Shown here one piece after another: positions 29,516-38,329 of a stretch of 64,000 nucleotides of DNA. The position numbers and the translations under genes are program-made. The stretch lies in sequence record DRR378314_17. One strand, 5' to 3'. The number at the start of each line of letters is the position of its first letter. The stretch's first letter is position 1. Below the pieces are notes generated by a model. It ran no database searches. It had not been told where the DNA came from and saw only the letters and a program-made list of their open reading frames with translations.

Positions 29516-30472
29516 ATGTCGCACACCAGAGATAGCAGCAAGAAAATACTCGTTACCGGCGGTGCGGGATTTATTGGCTCACATCTGGTGGATCGATTGC
29601 TGGCGCAGGGTCACGATGTGTTGTGTGTCGACAACCTGTTTACCGGATCTAAGCGTAACATTGCACATCTACATTCGAATCCGAATTTCGAATTCATGCG
29701 CCATGATGTTACCTTGCCGCTGTATGTCGAAGTGGATGACATCTACAATCTGGCATGCCCAGCTTCGCCTGTACATTACCAGCACGACCCGGTTCAGACG
29801 GTCAAGACGTCGGTGCACGGGGCGATCAATATGCTGGGGTTGGCAAAACGATTGAATGCGCGGATATTTCAGGCCTCGACCTCCGAGGTTTATGGGGACC
29901 CCGAGACTGCAGAACAGTGCGAAGAGTATTGGGGCAATGTCAATCCAATCGGGCCGCGATCTTGTTATGACGAGGGGAAGCGCTGTGCAGAGACATTGTT
30001 TTTCGACTATAATCGGCAACATGGGTTGGACATAAAGGTAGCCCGAATTTTTAATACTTATGGCCCCAACATGCATCCATCAGACGGGCGGGTGGTTTCG
30101 AATTTCATAACGCGCGCGCTGACCAGTCAGCCCCTGATCATCCATGGCGACGGAAGCTATAGCCGATCATTCTGTTATGTGGATGACCTTGTCGACGGTA
30201 TTTTGGCATTGATGGAAACCGATACAGGGGTGACGGGGCCGATCAATCTTGGCAACCGACAAGAGATCACGATCCTGCAACTTGCGGAGCATGTGTTGCG
30301 ATTAACTGGATCATCTTCAAAGATCGAATTTCAGGACCGCGCGCCCGATGATCCCAAACGTCGTTGCCCGGATCTTACCCGTGCGCGGGCAGTGTTGGAC
30401 TGGGCGCCACGGATAGATCTTGATGAAGGTTTGTCGCGGACAATAATGTATTTTCGGAAAAACCCGAGTTGA
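29516..30472 (+). CDS. uxs: UDP-glucuronate decarboxylase (UDP-xylose synthase)
   Basis: Motifs [41 protein letters not shown] and RIFNTYGP. Confidence 0.92.
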   Translation: MSHTRDSSKKILVTGGAGFIGSHLVDRLLAQGHDVLCVDNLFTGSKRNIAHLHSNPNFEFMRHDVTLPLYVEVDDIYNLACPASPVHYQHDPVQTVKTSVHGAINMLGLAKRLNARIFQASTSEVYGDPETAEQCEEYWGNVNPIGPRSCYDEGKRCAETLFFDYNRQHGLDIKVARIFNTYGPNMHPSDGRVVSNFITRALTSQPLIIHGDGSYSRSFCYVDDLVDGILALMETDTGVTGPINLGNRQEITILQLAEHVLRLTGSSSKIEFQDRAPDDPKRRCPDLTRARAVLDWAPRIDLDEGLSRTIMYFRKNPS

Positions 30473-30483
30473 AATTCTGGCCG

Positions 30484-31224
30484 TCAGCTTAGTGCCTGAA
30501 ACTCTACACGTCTGTTTTCTTCGGCTTTCGTGTCATTGGTGTTGACCGGAAAGCGTTCCCCCATGCCAACAGTTTCCAGACGCTGGGGTGTGATGCCGCA
30601 ATCCTGTACCAGATAGCGGGCGACTTCTTTTGCGCGCAGAACTGACAGTCGCTGATTGTATTCATCCGACCCGGATGTGTCGGTATGGCCGATGATGCGA
30701 AATTGCTCGATCGGGCTGGTCTGCATGGCAGTGCACATTGTCGACAACTTGGTCTTCTGGCTTTGATCCAGCGCAGCGGAATCATAGCCAAACTTGATCT
30801 GCAGATTGATCTGTAATTCGGTGTCGAGCTTGGCATAGACCAGAGGTTTGTTTGGGTCGACCACGCCGGAGACTTGAGTGGTGTTAGATGTTGCCGCGGT
30901 ATCGGCGTCCGGCGTGCTGGTATCTGGTGTTGTGGTTGCCGTTTCGACCGTAGGTGCAGTTGTGGTTTGAACCGGTGCGATGGCCGCAAGGCTTTCCGGG
31001 CTCACGGCTTCGGCCTGAATATCCTCGACCGTAACCAAAGATACACCGCGCGCTTTTGAACTGCCATCGAGCGAGCGCGTCAGCGGTTGGTTCTGGACCT
31101 CGATTTGACGGTTGAATATCCTGTTTATCTCTTCCGGTGTCATTTCCTGAGCTGAGACCGGTAGGGTCAAAACAGTTAGGCAAACTCCGCCGATATATCC
31201 TGTCAAAAACCGCATCTGAATCAC
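30484..31224 (-). CDS. OmpA-like peptidoglycan-binding protein with a Thr-rich linker
   Basis: Signal peptide; FGYDSA, IIGHTD, YNQRLSVLRA and ENRRVEF. Confidence 0.88.
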   Translation of the reverse strand: MIQMRFLTGYIGGVCLTVLTLPVSAQEMTPEEINRIFNRQIEVQNQPLTRSLDGSSKARGVSLVTVEDIQAEAVSPESLAAIAPVQTTTAPTVETATTTPDTSTPDADTAATSNTTQVSGVVDPNKPLVYAKLDTELQINLQIKFGYDSAALDQSQKTKLSTMCTAMQTSPIEQFRIIGHTDTSGSDEYNQRLSVLRAKEVARYLVQDCGITPQRLETVGMGERFPVNTNDTKAEENRRVEFQALS

Positions 31225-31352
31225 CTGAGAAAAAAGAATTTGTGCGGTTTCGATACTAGGCTAATATCGATGAAAATTCAATTCTGACTTTTCTGCTTGT
31301 TGTTACATTGGCCCTTTGTTTTCGGGCTGCTGGACTTGGAAAAACGCTCGGC

Positions 31353-32114
31353 ATGACAGTTCCGACGACCAAAATTCCACATCCGCCGCCGCGCGCGGTA
31401 TTGCACGTCACCGGAGCGGGGCTAACCCACGCCGGATGCGTCCGTTCTGACAATGAAGATGCTGTTCTGACCGATCCCAGCGGCGTGTTGTGGGCGGTGG
31501 CCGATGGCATGGGCGGATATGGGCACGGGGATGTGGCCTCTGACATCATCACGCGCACACTTTCCGAAGTGACAGACACGATGATGGCGACACCTGCGCT
31601 GCGTAGCGGTCTTGAAGCGGCGAATGCCGAGATTCAGGCGAATGCGAAATCTAATGGCGTGCCGCCCTTCGGGGCTACTGTGGTGGCGCTCATGTTTCAG
31701 AATGGCTTGGCCAACATCGTCTGGGCCGGCGACTGCCGCGCCTATCTGATGCGACAACGTTGCCTTAGATTGCTGACGCGCGATCACACCGTAGTTCAGG
31801 GGATGGTCGATCAGGGGCTGTTGCGCGGCGAGGACAGCGCCCGACACCCAGATGCCCATATCGTCACTCGGGCCGTTGGCTACGAACCCGAGGTCGAGCT
31901 TGATGCGTTGTCTGTGCCGGTGGTCCCTGGTGATATTGTGGTGCTGTGCAGTGATGGACTGACTGCGTGTTTGGGGGATCACGACATTGCTGACCTCGTG
32001 TCGGCGGCAAACAACCCCGAGGCACTGTGCGTCGATCTGATAAGGAGTTGCCTGGAGCGTGGGGCACCGGACAATGTTTCGGTGATTTCCGTCTTCGTGC
32101 AGGAGGCGCGCTGA
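31353..32114 (+). CDS. pppA: PP2C-family Ser/Thr phosphatase (T6SS PppA-like)
   Basis: Motifs RSDNED, VADGMGG, GDCRAY, LCSDGL and DNVS; T6SS context. Confidence 0.88.
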   Translation: MTVPTTKIPHPPPRAVLHVTGAGLTHAGCVRSDNEDAVLTDPSGVLWAVADGMGGYGHGDVASDIITRTLSEVTDTMMATPALRSGLEAANAEIQANAKSNGVPPFGATVVALMFQNGLANIVWAGDCRAYLMRQRCLRLLTRDHTVVQGMVDQGLLRGEDSARHPDAHIVTRAVGYEPEVELDALSVPVVPGDIVVLCSDGLTACLGDHDIADLVSAANNPEALCVDLIRSCLERGAPDNVSVISVFVQEAR

Positions 32115-33004
32115 TGCGGCAGGGCACGCTGATTGGTCCGATCATCATTGCCATCGGCCTGATCGCAGCGGCCGTCATATTTGCGGTGGTTGGCGCGGTA
32201 TTGCAGACTGCTGATGGGGGCACTGAATTGCGTCTTGATCGCGCTGAGGGCAGGCTTGAAGAGCTAACGGCTGAGGTCAAAGACCTGCAGCAGGCACTGG
32301 ACACAGCCGAGAAAGCCATTGAGCGGCAGGAAGAAGCCGGCGCCTTGCTGGCAGCGCAAGTGCCGGCTGCGTCGTCTGGTGGTTCAACGGGTGCGACGGG
32401 GCAAGGGTTTGATTTTGATTTGACGCAGGCAATCCCGGAGATCGAGGATCACATTGCGACCGAAGAGATGACCGAGGTCATGAAACTGGCCAAGACCCGA
32501 TTCAACAAAGGTATCACGCAACCTCGCAATTCAACCATGTTGCAACTGTTGGGCCAACCACGTGGTAGCTATGGTACGACGTGTCAGGGGATCACAAACC
32601 CGTCGCTGAAAGCGCTGGTTGAAACGCGTCAGGTCGGGCCGATCCGGGTTACCCTGCTGCGGCCCGCGTTGGACTCGCTGGAACGAATATTCAACACACT
32701 TCAAGCTACTGAGCCCGACATATATGCGGCTCTGGGAACAGCGGGTGGTCTGTGTGTGCGATTGATCCGTGGTTCAAGCAGCTCAATCTCAAACCACTCC
32801 TTTGGAACTGCGATCGACATCAAGCTGCAGGGCAAGCTTGACGGGTTTGGCGATGGGGGCACGCAATTTGGCTTGCTGCTGCTGGCCGAGCTTTTCAATG
32901 CCGAAGGCTGGTACTGGGGAGCAACCTACCGACGCGAGGATTCAATGCACTTTGAAGTCGGTGAAGAGACACTGCAGCGTTGGCGAGCAGAGGGTCAGTT
33001 GTAA
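32114..33004 (+). CDS. Membrane-anchored M15-family peptidoglycan peptidase (TagX-like)
   Basis: N-terminal TM helix and coiled coil; SNHSFGTAID and DSMHFE Zn motifs; coupled to pppA. Confidence 0.8.
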   Translation: MRQGTLIGPIIIAIGLIAAAVIFAVVGAVLQTADGGTELRLDRAEGRLEELTAEVKDLQQALDTAEKAIERQEEAGALLAAQVPAASSGGSTGATGQGFDFDLTQAIPEIEDHIATEEMTEVMKLAKTRFNKGITQPRNSTMLQLLGQPRGSYGTTCQGITNPSLKALVETRQVGPIRVTLLRPALDSLERIFNTLQATEPDIYAALGTAGGLCVRLIRGSSSSISNHSFGTAIDIKLQGKLDGFGDGGTQFGLLLLAELFNAEGWYWGATYRREDSMHFEVGEETLQRWRAEGQL

Positions 33005-33007
33005 CCG

Positions 33008-35458
33008 ATGGGGCGCAGAGACGCTCAGACCGAAGCAGTCAAGCGGGTATTTGAAAAGGCCGCAGCCCCGGTGTTCGACCTGATTGACCATATGGACGAA
33101 GAGGTGCGCGCGGGCGAGACAACCCTGCTGGCGCGGGTCGAAAGTGCGTTGACCGCATTCACTAGCACTCTGGAGCGCAGCAATGTTCCGCAACCCGCGA
33201 TAGCGCCTGCGCGCCTGACGCTCGCGGCGCTGGTTGATGCGCGTGCGCGAGCGCAAAGCCGGTTGAAACTGGCCTCGTGGGGTGTGCTTGCGCAGAACCG
33301 TTTGTTCGACGGTCGCGACATGCCACTGAGCAGAATACGCGAATTCGCGGCAACCGCCCGAGAAGCCGGGCCAGAATATGCAGGTCTGGCGGAGTTTCTG
33401 GAAGATGTGGCGAAGCAGATTCAGACTGGTGGGCGCGATTTGTCTCGGTCGCAATCAAGTTGGGGGCCGTTCGCGGCGCTTAGTGTAACGGTGTTTCTTC
33501 TGGCACTGACGGGTTACGCGTGTTGGCTAGAATACCGTTTTCACACTAGGATATCTGAGAGTTTTCAGCAGGACATACAGGGACTGACGATAGCTCCTGA
33601 GATGCCAAGAGCAGAACTTGCCCAGTCGCTCTCCCAATTGTCCCGAGCACATGACCGGGTAGCGCGTGCGGCGCAGTACGCACCATTCCGAAGGGTGGTG
33701 CGCCTGCCCGGATTGGATAGTGAAACCAATGCTGAAGCAATCTACCGCGAAGCGGTCGCTACAACCGGTCCCGCTACCCTGGCCGCAGTGCTGGAGGAGG
33801 TTCTTGCAACCGAAGGCGACAGCCTCAAGCTCTATGACGCTCTGCGAGCATTTGCAGTACTCAGCGGGGATTTGGACTGGTCCTCCGCATATCTCGAAGG
33901 GTGGTTGGAGGATAATCAGAATGGTCTAGAACTGCCCGGATTTTCACGCCATGTAGCGGCGTTTCCACAGCCAGACGGCACAATTCGCCCGAGTGATACA
34001 CAAGTGTTCGATCAGGCTCGCATCTTTGCCAGCGAAACCTCCGAAGCTGACAGGGTTTGGCTGGAACTTCTGCGTGCACCGCAGACAAGGTCGTTGCCGC
34101 CATGGAACCCAGAGGTCAGTGTGCCGGGCCTGTCGGATATTCTGGTTCGCAGGTCAGGTGCTGCGATGGACACAACCCTTTCAGGCCTGTTCACGCAGGA
34201 AGGTTGGGCCTATGCGCGCGATTATGGCATCGGCGTTGCCGTGCAGGAGGCCCGAAGGCTGACACCTGCGGTTCTGGACCGAGCCCCACAACCGGTCAAT
34301 CAGACGCCGGACGATGTTCAGGTCCGGCTGCATAAGGAAACGATTGCCATTTGGACCGATTGGTTGGCCGATCTGCGCGTTGAACCGTTCGACGATCCCG
34401 ACCACGCCATTCAGGTCTCGGGAACACTGGCGCAACGCACGAACCCCTTGTCGCAAGTGTTACGTACAAGCTGGGCGCAAATGGGTGGTCAGGACCGAAG
34501 CCGAAGCTTTGACCAACAGGTCGAACTGGGCCGGATATTTGGGCCAGTGATCCAGTGGATGGATGAAGGGGGCATGGCCGAGCTCAACCAGTTGTTTTCC
34601 ACCTTGAATGTGGCGCTCAGCACGCGGCAACGTGACACTGAAAAGGGCACCGAAAAATTGGTCAGTGTCCAAGAGCGTGCGCGTACGATCAACGTGTTGC
34701 AGACCGCCCCACGGATTATCATCCAGATCGCAGAGGACGTTCTGGCGCAGGCCAATGCCGCCGCTTCGCAATCTGGCGCCGATCCGCTGATCCTGCGCTG
34801 GCAGCAAGCGATCTATCCGACCTGCCGGGCGGCTTTGGATGGTCAATTCCCTTTTGCAGACGGTTCAGATGCAACACCGTCCGACGTCACTGCACTACTC
34901 GCTCCCGGTGGCAGCCTGATGCAATTCTACAATGCGTATCTTGCGCAATTTGTCGATCAGTCCGCACGGCCCTGGCGCTGGAAACCAGAGGCGCGGTTTG
35001 CCGGGCTTGACCCGGACTCGGCCGCCTTTTTCGAACGTGCAGTCTTTTTGTCCGAAGCATTGTTCGATGCGCAGGGACAATTAAGGCTTCAGATCGAAAT
35101 GGCCACGCTGGCAGAACGCGGCACAACGGTTGTTGCGCTGGGCGGGCAAGGCGTGCCCGTGCGCGCGACCGGAGAACCGGCAACCTTGACTTGGCCCGGA
35201 CCAGCGCCGCTGATGGGGGCAAGTATCAGTTTCCGTGAAGGTGTCGGAAGCGCTGATCTGACAGCTGCCGGATACTGGGGTTTGCTTCGGCTATTGGACC
35301 AGTTCCGGTTGCGGTTTCGTGATGAAGGTGCCCGCGTTCTGGTTGACATGCGCAGCAGCGAAGGACGCGCCTTTGTTGAAATGGTGTTCCCGGATGCGGC
35401 CAACCCGGTTGCCGCGCGCCGGCTGATGTCGGGCTTTTCCTGCCCGCCGCGCCTGTAA
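33008..35458 (+). CDS. Atypical IcmF/TssM-related protein without an NTPase domain, with a possible DotU-like N-terminus
   Basis: The C-terminal part parallels the tssM in this window (FPF, GGSL..F...L..FVD, PWRW, TWPGP, WGLLRL, F.CP.. terminus). There is one TM helix near aa 150 and no Walker A motif. Confidence 0.75.
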   Translation: MGRRDAQTEAVKRVFEKAAAPVFDLIDHMDEEVRAGETTLLARVESALTAFTSTLERSNVPQPAIAPARLTLAALVDARARAQSRLKLASWGVLAQNRLFDGRDMPLSRIREFAATAREAGPEYAGLAEFLEDVAKQIQTGGRDLSRSQSSWGPFAALSVTVFLLALTGYACWLEYRFHTRISESFQQDIQGLTIAPEMPRAELAQSLSQLSRAHDRVARAAQYAPFRRVVRLPGLDSETNAEAIYREAVATTGPATLAAVLEEVLATEGDSLKLYDALRAFAVLSGDLDWSSAYLEGWLEDNQNGLELPGFSRHVAAFPQPDGTIRPSDTQVFDQARIFASETSEADRVWLELLRAPQTRSLPPWNPEVSVPGLSDILVRRSGAAMDTTLSGLFTQEGWAYARDYGIGVAVQEARRLTPAVLDRAPQPVNQTPDDVQVRLHKETIAIWTDWLADLRVEPFDDPDHAIQVSGTLAQRTNPLSQVLRTSWAQMGGQDRSRSFDQQVELGRIFGPVIQWMDEGGMAELNQLFSTLNVALSTRQRDTEKGTEKLVSVQERARTINVLQTAPRIIIQIAEDVLAQANAAASQSGADPLILRWQQAIYPTCRAALDGQFPFADGSDATPSDVTALLAPGGSLMQFYNAYLAQFVDQSARPWRWKPEARFAGLDPDSAAFFERAVFLSEALFDAQGQLRLQIEMATLAERGTTVVALGGQGVPVRATGEPATLTWPGPAPLMGASISFREGVGSADLTAAGYWGLLRLLDQFRLRFRDEGARVLVDMRSSEGRAFVEMVFPDAANPVAARRLMSGFSCPPRL

Positions 35459-35544
35459 TTGCGCCGTGGGACTCTGCGCAAAGCATGGGCTGTGCTACAT
35501 TAGGGCGCAGTTTTGAAAGAGATTTTCAGGAAGTGAGTGTAGTG

Positions 35545-37845
35545 ATGTTTGACGAAAGGCATTTCCAGGCCATGACCGTGCCGGTCGATACACCCGACGA
35601 CCCGGAGGGATTGCGCTTTGCCCGGATGACCGGTTTCGATGCGATCAGTACCTGTTTCAAATTCGAACTGACGCTGCAATCAGCGGATTTCAATGTCAGT
35701 TCGGACAAACTCTTGGGAACGCCGGTAACAGTTAGGGCGGGTGTCGAAGACTACACGCGCTATTTCCATGGTCTGGTCGATCAGTTTCGGTTTGCGGGTC
35801 TGAAAGAGGGGTGGGGATTATATGAACTCACGCTCAGACCCGCGCTCTGGTTCCTTTCTAAAACCACCGACAATCGAATTTTTCAGGCCAAAAGCGTCGT
35901 CGAGATCATCGAAGAAATTCTGGGTGAACAGGACAATCTGCTGTTCGAGCTGCGCCTGAAAGAAAGCTATGACCCGCGCGATTATTGCGTTCAATACGGC
36001 GAAAGCGATCTGGATTTCATTCAACGTCTGATGGAACACGAAGGCATCTATTACTTTCACGAGTTCGACGAAGGCGAACACAAGCTGATATTAGTTGATG
36101 ACATTGCCACCCTGACGACCACCGAGGGGATGTCCGAGATTGAATTCGAAGGTGACAAGCTGGATTTTGCCGAGGATCCGCAAGTGATTACCGATTGGGA
36201 CCGAACGGATGCCGTTGTTCCGGGCTCATATGTTCACACCGATTATGATTTCACCAAGCCTTCTGCCGATCTGATGGCTTTGGACGAACTTCCCGTTGGC
36301 CATGATGAGGACGATAAGGAACGCTACAGCTATCCCGGAACCTATGTGGATCATGGTCGCGGCAAGGATCTGGCCACCGTTCGGCTGCAAGAGGGGCTGT
36401 CTCCCGCTCAACGGATCGTGGCGGTGTCTACCGCGCGTATGCCCTGGTCAGGGGCGCGGTTTAGTTTGGTGCTGTATCCTCGAGATGCGGAGAATGCAGA
36501 ATACTGTATCCTGCGTGTTGACTATGACCTGCAAGGTAAGGCCTATTCATCACTTGTGGGTGATGATGAAGCGTCCGGTTTTGAGGCACGTTACCTTCTG
36601 ATGCCCGGCGATGTTCAGTATCGCCCGCTGCAGGTAACGCCAAAATCTGTCATGCGCGGTCCGCAAACCGCTGTTGTGGTGGGCCCTGCCGGAGAAGAAA
36701 TCCACACGGATGAATACTCTCGCGTCAAAGTGCAGTTCCACTGGGACCGGGAAGGGGCGAAGGACGAAAATTCTTCCTGCTGGGTGCGGGTGTCGTCAGT
36801 CTGGGCAGGAGCGGGTTGGGGGTTCATACAGATCCCACGCATCGGGCAGGAGGTTATCGTTGATTTCCTCGAAGGGGATCCTGATCAACCGATTATTACC
36901 GGTCGCGTCTACAACGCAGAACAAATGCCCCCTTACGGGTTGCCTGATAACGCGACTCAATCGGGCTGGAAATCTAACTCGTCACTTGGCGGCGGTGGTT
37001 GGAACGAGTTGCGTTTCGAGGACAAGAAAGGATCGGAAGAGGTCTATTTTCAGGCCGAAAAGGATCATAACGAACTGGTCAAGAACAATGAAACCCGCAC
37101 CATTGGGAACGACTGGGTCGAAGATGTGGGTCATGACGGCACCCAATCCATTGGCAATGACCGAACCGAAAGCGTAGGTAACAACAAATCTACGACAGTG
37201 GGGGTGAACCGCGATGTCAGCATTGGCAGCCATGACAGCGAAACTGTTGGTGCCACGCGTACGCTGTCGGTAGGAGATACGGAATCGATCACTATCGGTT
37301 CCAGTTCGACTGAAACCATAGGATTGAACCACACCCAAACGGTGGCCGCATTGCAGACGATCACCGTGGGCGCGGCGCGTACCGATACGGTGGGTGCAGC
37401 CGAAGTCCGCTCGGTTGGGGCAGCGCAGACCAACACAATCGGCATCAGTCGTCAGATGACTGTTGGGGCGCAACAGGATCACGAAATCGGTGCCGATGAC
37501 GGCTGGAAAATCGGTGGTAACCAAAAGGTTGAAATCGGTGCCACGCAAGATGTCGAGATCGGTGCGGATGGGGCTTATAAAATCGCCGGCAACCGCTCTG
37601 TTAATGTTGCCAAAAACTCGAAACACGTGATCGGTGAAGTGATGGAGGTCGAGGTTGGCAAGGACCTGTCGATCAAGGCCGTCGACAGCATCACTTTGGT
37701 GTGTGGCGACGCAAAGCTACAGATGAAAAAGGACGGGACCATCGTGTTGGAGGGCAAAGACCTGTCACTGAAGGCCAGCGGCAAAATTGTCGCCAAGGCC
37801 AGTGGCAATATGACCCTAAAGGCCAGCAAGATCAGTCAGAACTGA
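35545..37845 (+). CDS. vgrG: T6SS spike protein VgrG
   Basis: Motifs YCVQYGESDLDFIQRLMEHEGIYY, GPQTAVVVG, RVKVQFHWDR and IPRIGQEV; gp5-like beta repeats at the C-terminus. Confidence 0.97.
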   Translation: MFDERHFQAMTVPVDTPDDPEGLRFARMTGFDAISTCFKFELTLQSADFNVSSDKLLGTPVTVRAGVEDYTRYFHGLVDQFRFAGLKEGWGLYELTLRPALWFLSKTTDNRIFQAKSVVEIIEEILGEQDNLLFELRLKESYDPRDYCVQYGESDLDFIQRLMEHEGIYYFHEFDEGEHKLILVDDIATLTTTEGMSEIEFEGDKLDFAEDPQVITDWDRTDAVVPGSYVHTDYDFTKPSADLMALDELPVGHDEDDKERYSYPGTYVDHGRGKDLATVRLQEGLSPAQRIVAVSTARMPWSGARFSLVLYPRDAENAEYCILRVDYDLQGKAYSSLVGDDEASGFEARYLLMPGDVQYRPLQVTPKSVMRGPQTAVVVGPAGEEIHTDEYSRVKVQFHWDREGAKDENSSCWVRVSSVWAGAGWGFIQIPRIGQEVIVDFLEGDPDQPIITGRVYNAEQMPPYGLPDNATQSGWKSNSSLGGGGWNELRFEDKKGSEEVYFQAEKDHNELVKNNETRTIGNDWVEDVGHDGTQSIGNDRTESVGNNKSTTVGVNRDVSIGSHDSETVGATRTLSVGDTESITIGSSSTETIGLNHTQTVAALQTITVGAARTDTVGAAEVRSVGAAQTNTIGISRQMTVGAQQDHEIGADDGWKIGGNQKVEIGATQDVEIGADGAYKIAGNRSVNVAKNSKHVIGEVMEVEVGKDLSIKAVDSITLVCGDAKLQMKKDGTIVLEGKDLSLKASGKIVAKASGNMTLKASKISQN

Positions 37846-37852
37846 CCCTGCC

Positions 37853-38326
37853 TCATCCAAACAGGTGGGCAAGGTATACTTCCGGGGCCGCAGGCGCGTC
37901 TTTCGCCCAAACCACTGGAGGCGCAAGCGGGTCTGCCGTCTCAGCCGGGGGGGCGATTGGCTGCAAGGTAGCAAACAGCGCATCCGGATCAAGGGCTCCG
38001 GTTTGGGCCTGATGCAGCGCTGGGCGCAGTATCGTGGCCCAGTCTTCGATCCCGGCTTGATCAGCAGCTATTACAGGGCAGCACGCCGCCAATGGAAAAT
38101 GACGCCCCGCAGCGTCATGACTGGGCAGGATTATCAAGGCCAGCTTTAGCTGTGGCCCTTCGATCAGAGCATGCAGGCCGGTTTCGGGCCAAAGCTCGGG
38201 GTTGCGCGCTGGTTGAGCAAGATGAAGAGTAAGCCAACGGTCTAACTGGGGCCGAATGCGCGGACCTAATCCCCGCGCGACGAAATCGCCGGATGCAGGC
38301 AGTTTGCCAAAGAAGCCGGTTGCCAT
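37853..38326 (-). CDS. tagF: T6SS regulator TagF
   Basis: Motifs GFFGKLPASGDFV and SHDAAGRHFPL. Confidence 0.92.
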   Translation of the reverse strand: MATGFFGKLPASGDFVARGLGPRIRPQLDRWLTLHLAQPARNPELWPETGLHALIEGPQLKLALIILPSHDAAGRHFPLAACCPVIAADQAGIEDWATILRPALHQAQTGALDPDALFATLQPIAPPAETADPLAPPVVWAKDAPAAPEVYLAHLFG

Positions 38327-38329
38327 CGA

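Noticed and set aside
37080-37700. Repetitive VgrG C-terminus as a DNA repeat array or evolved effector domain
   Set aside because: It is an ordinary gp5-like beta-helix peptide repeat with no catalytic motif.
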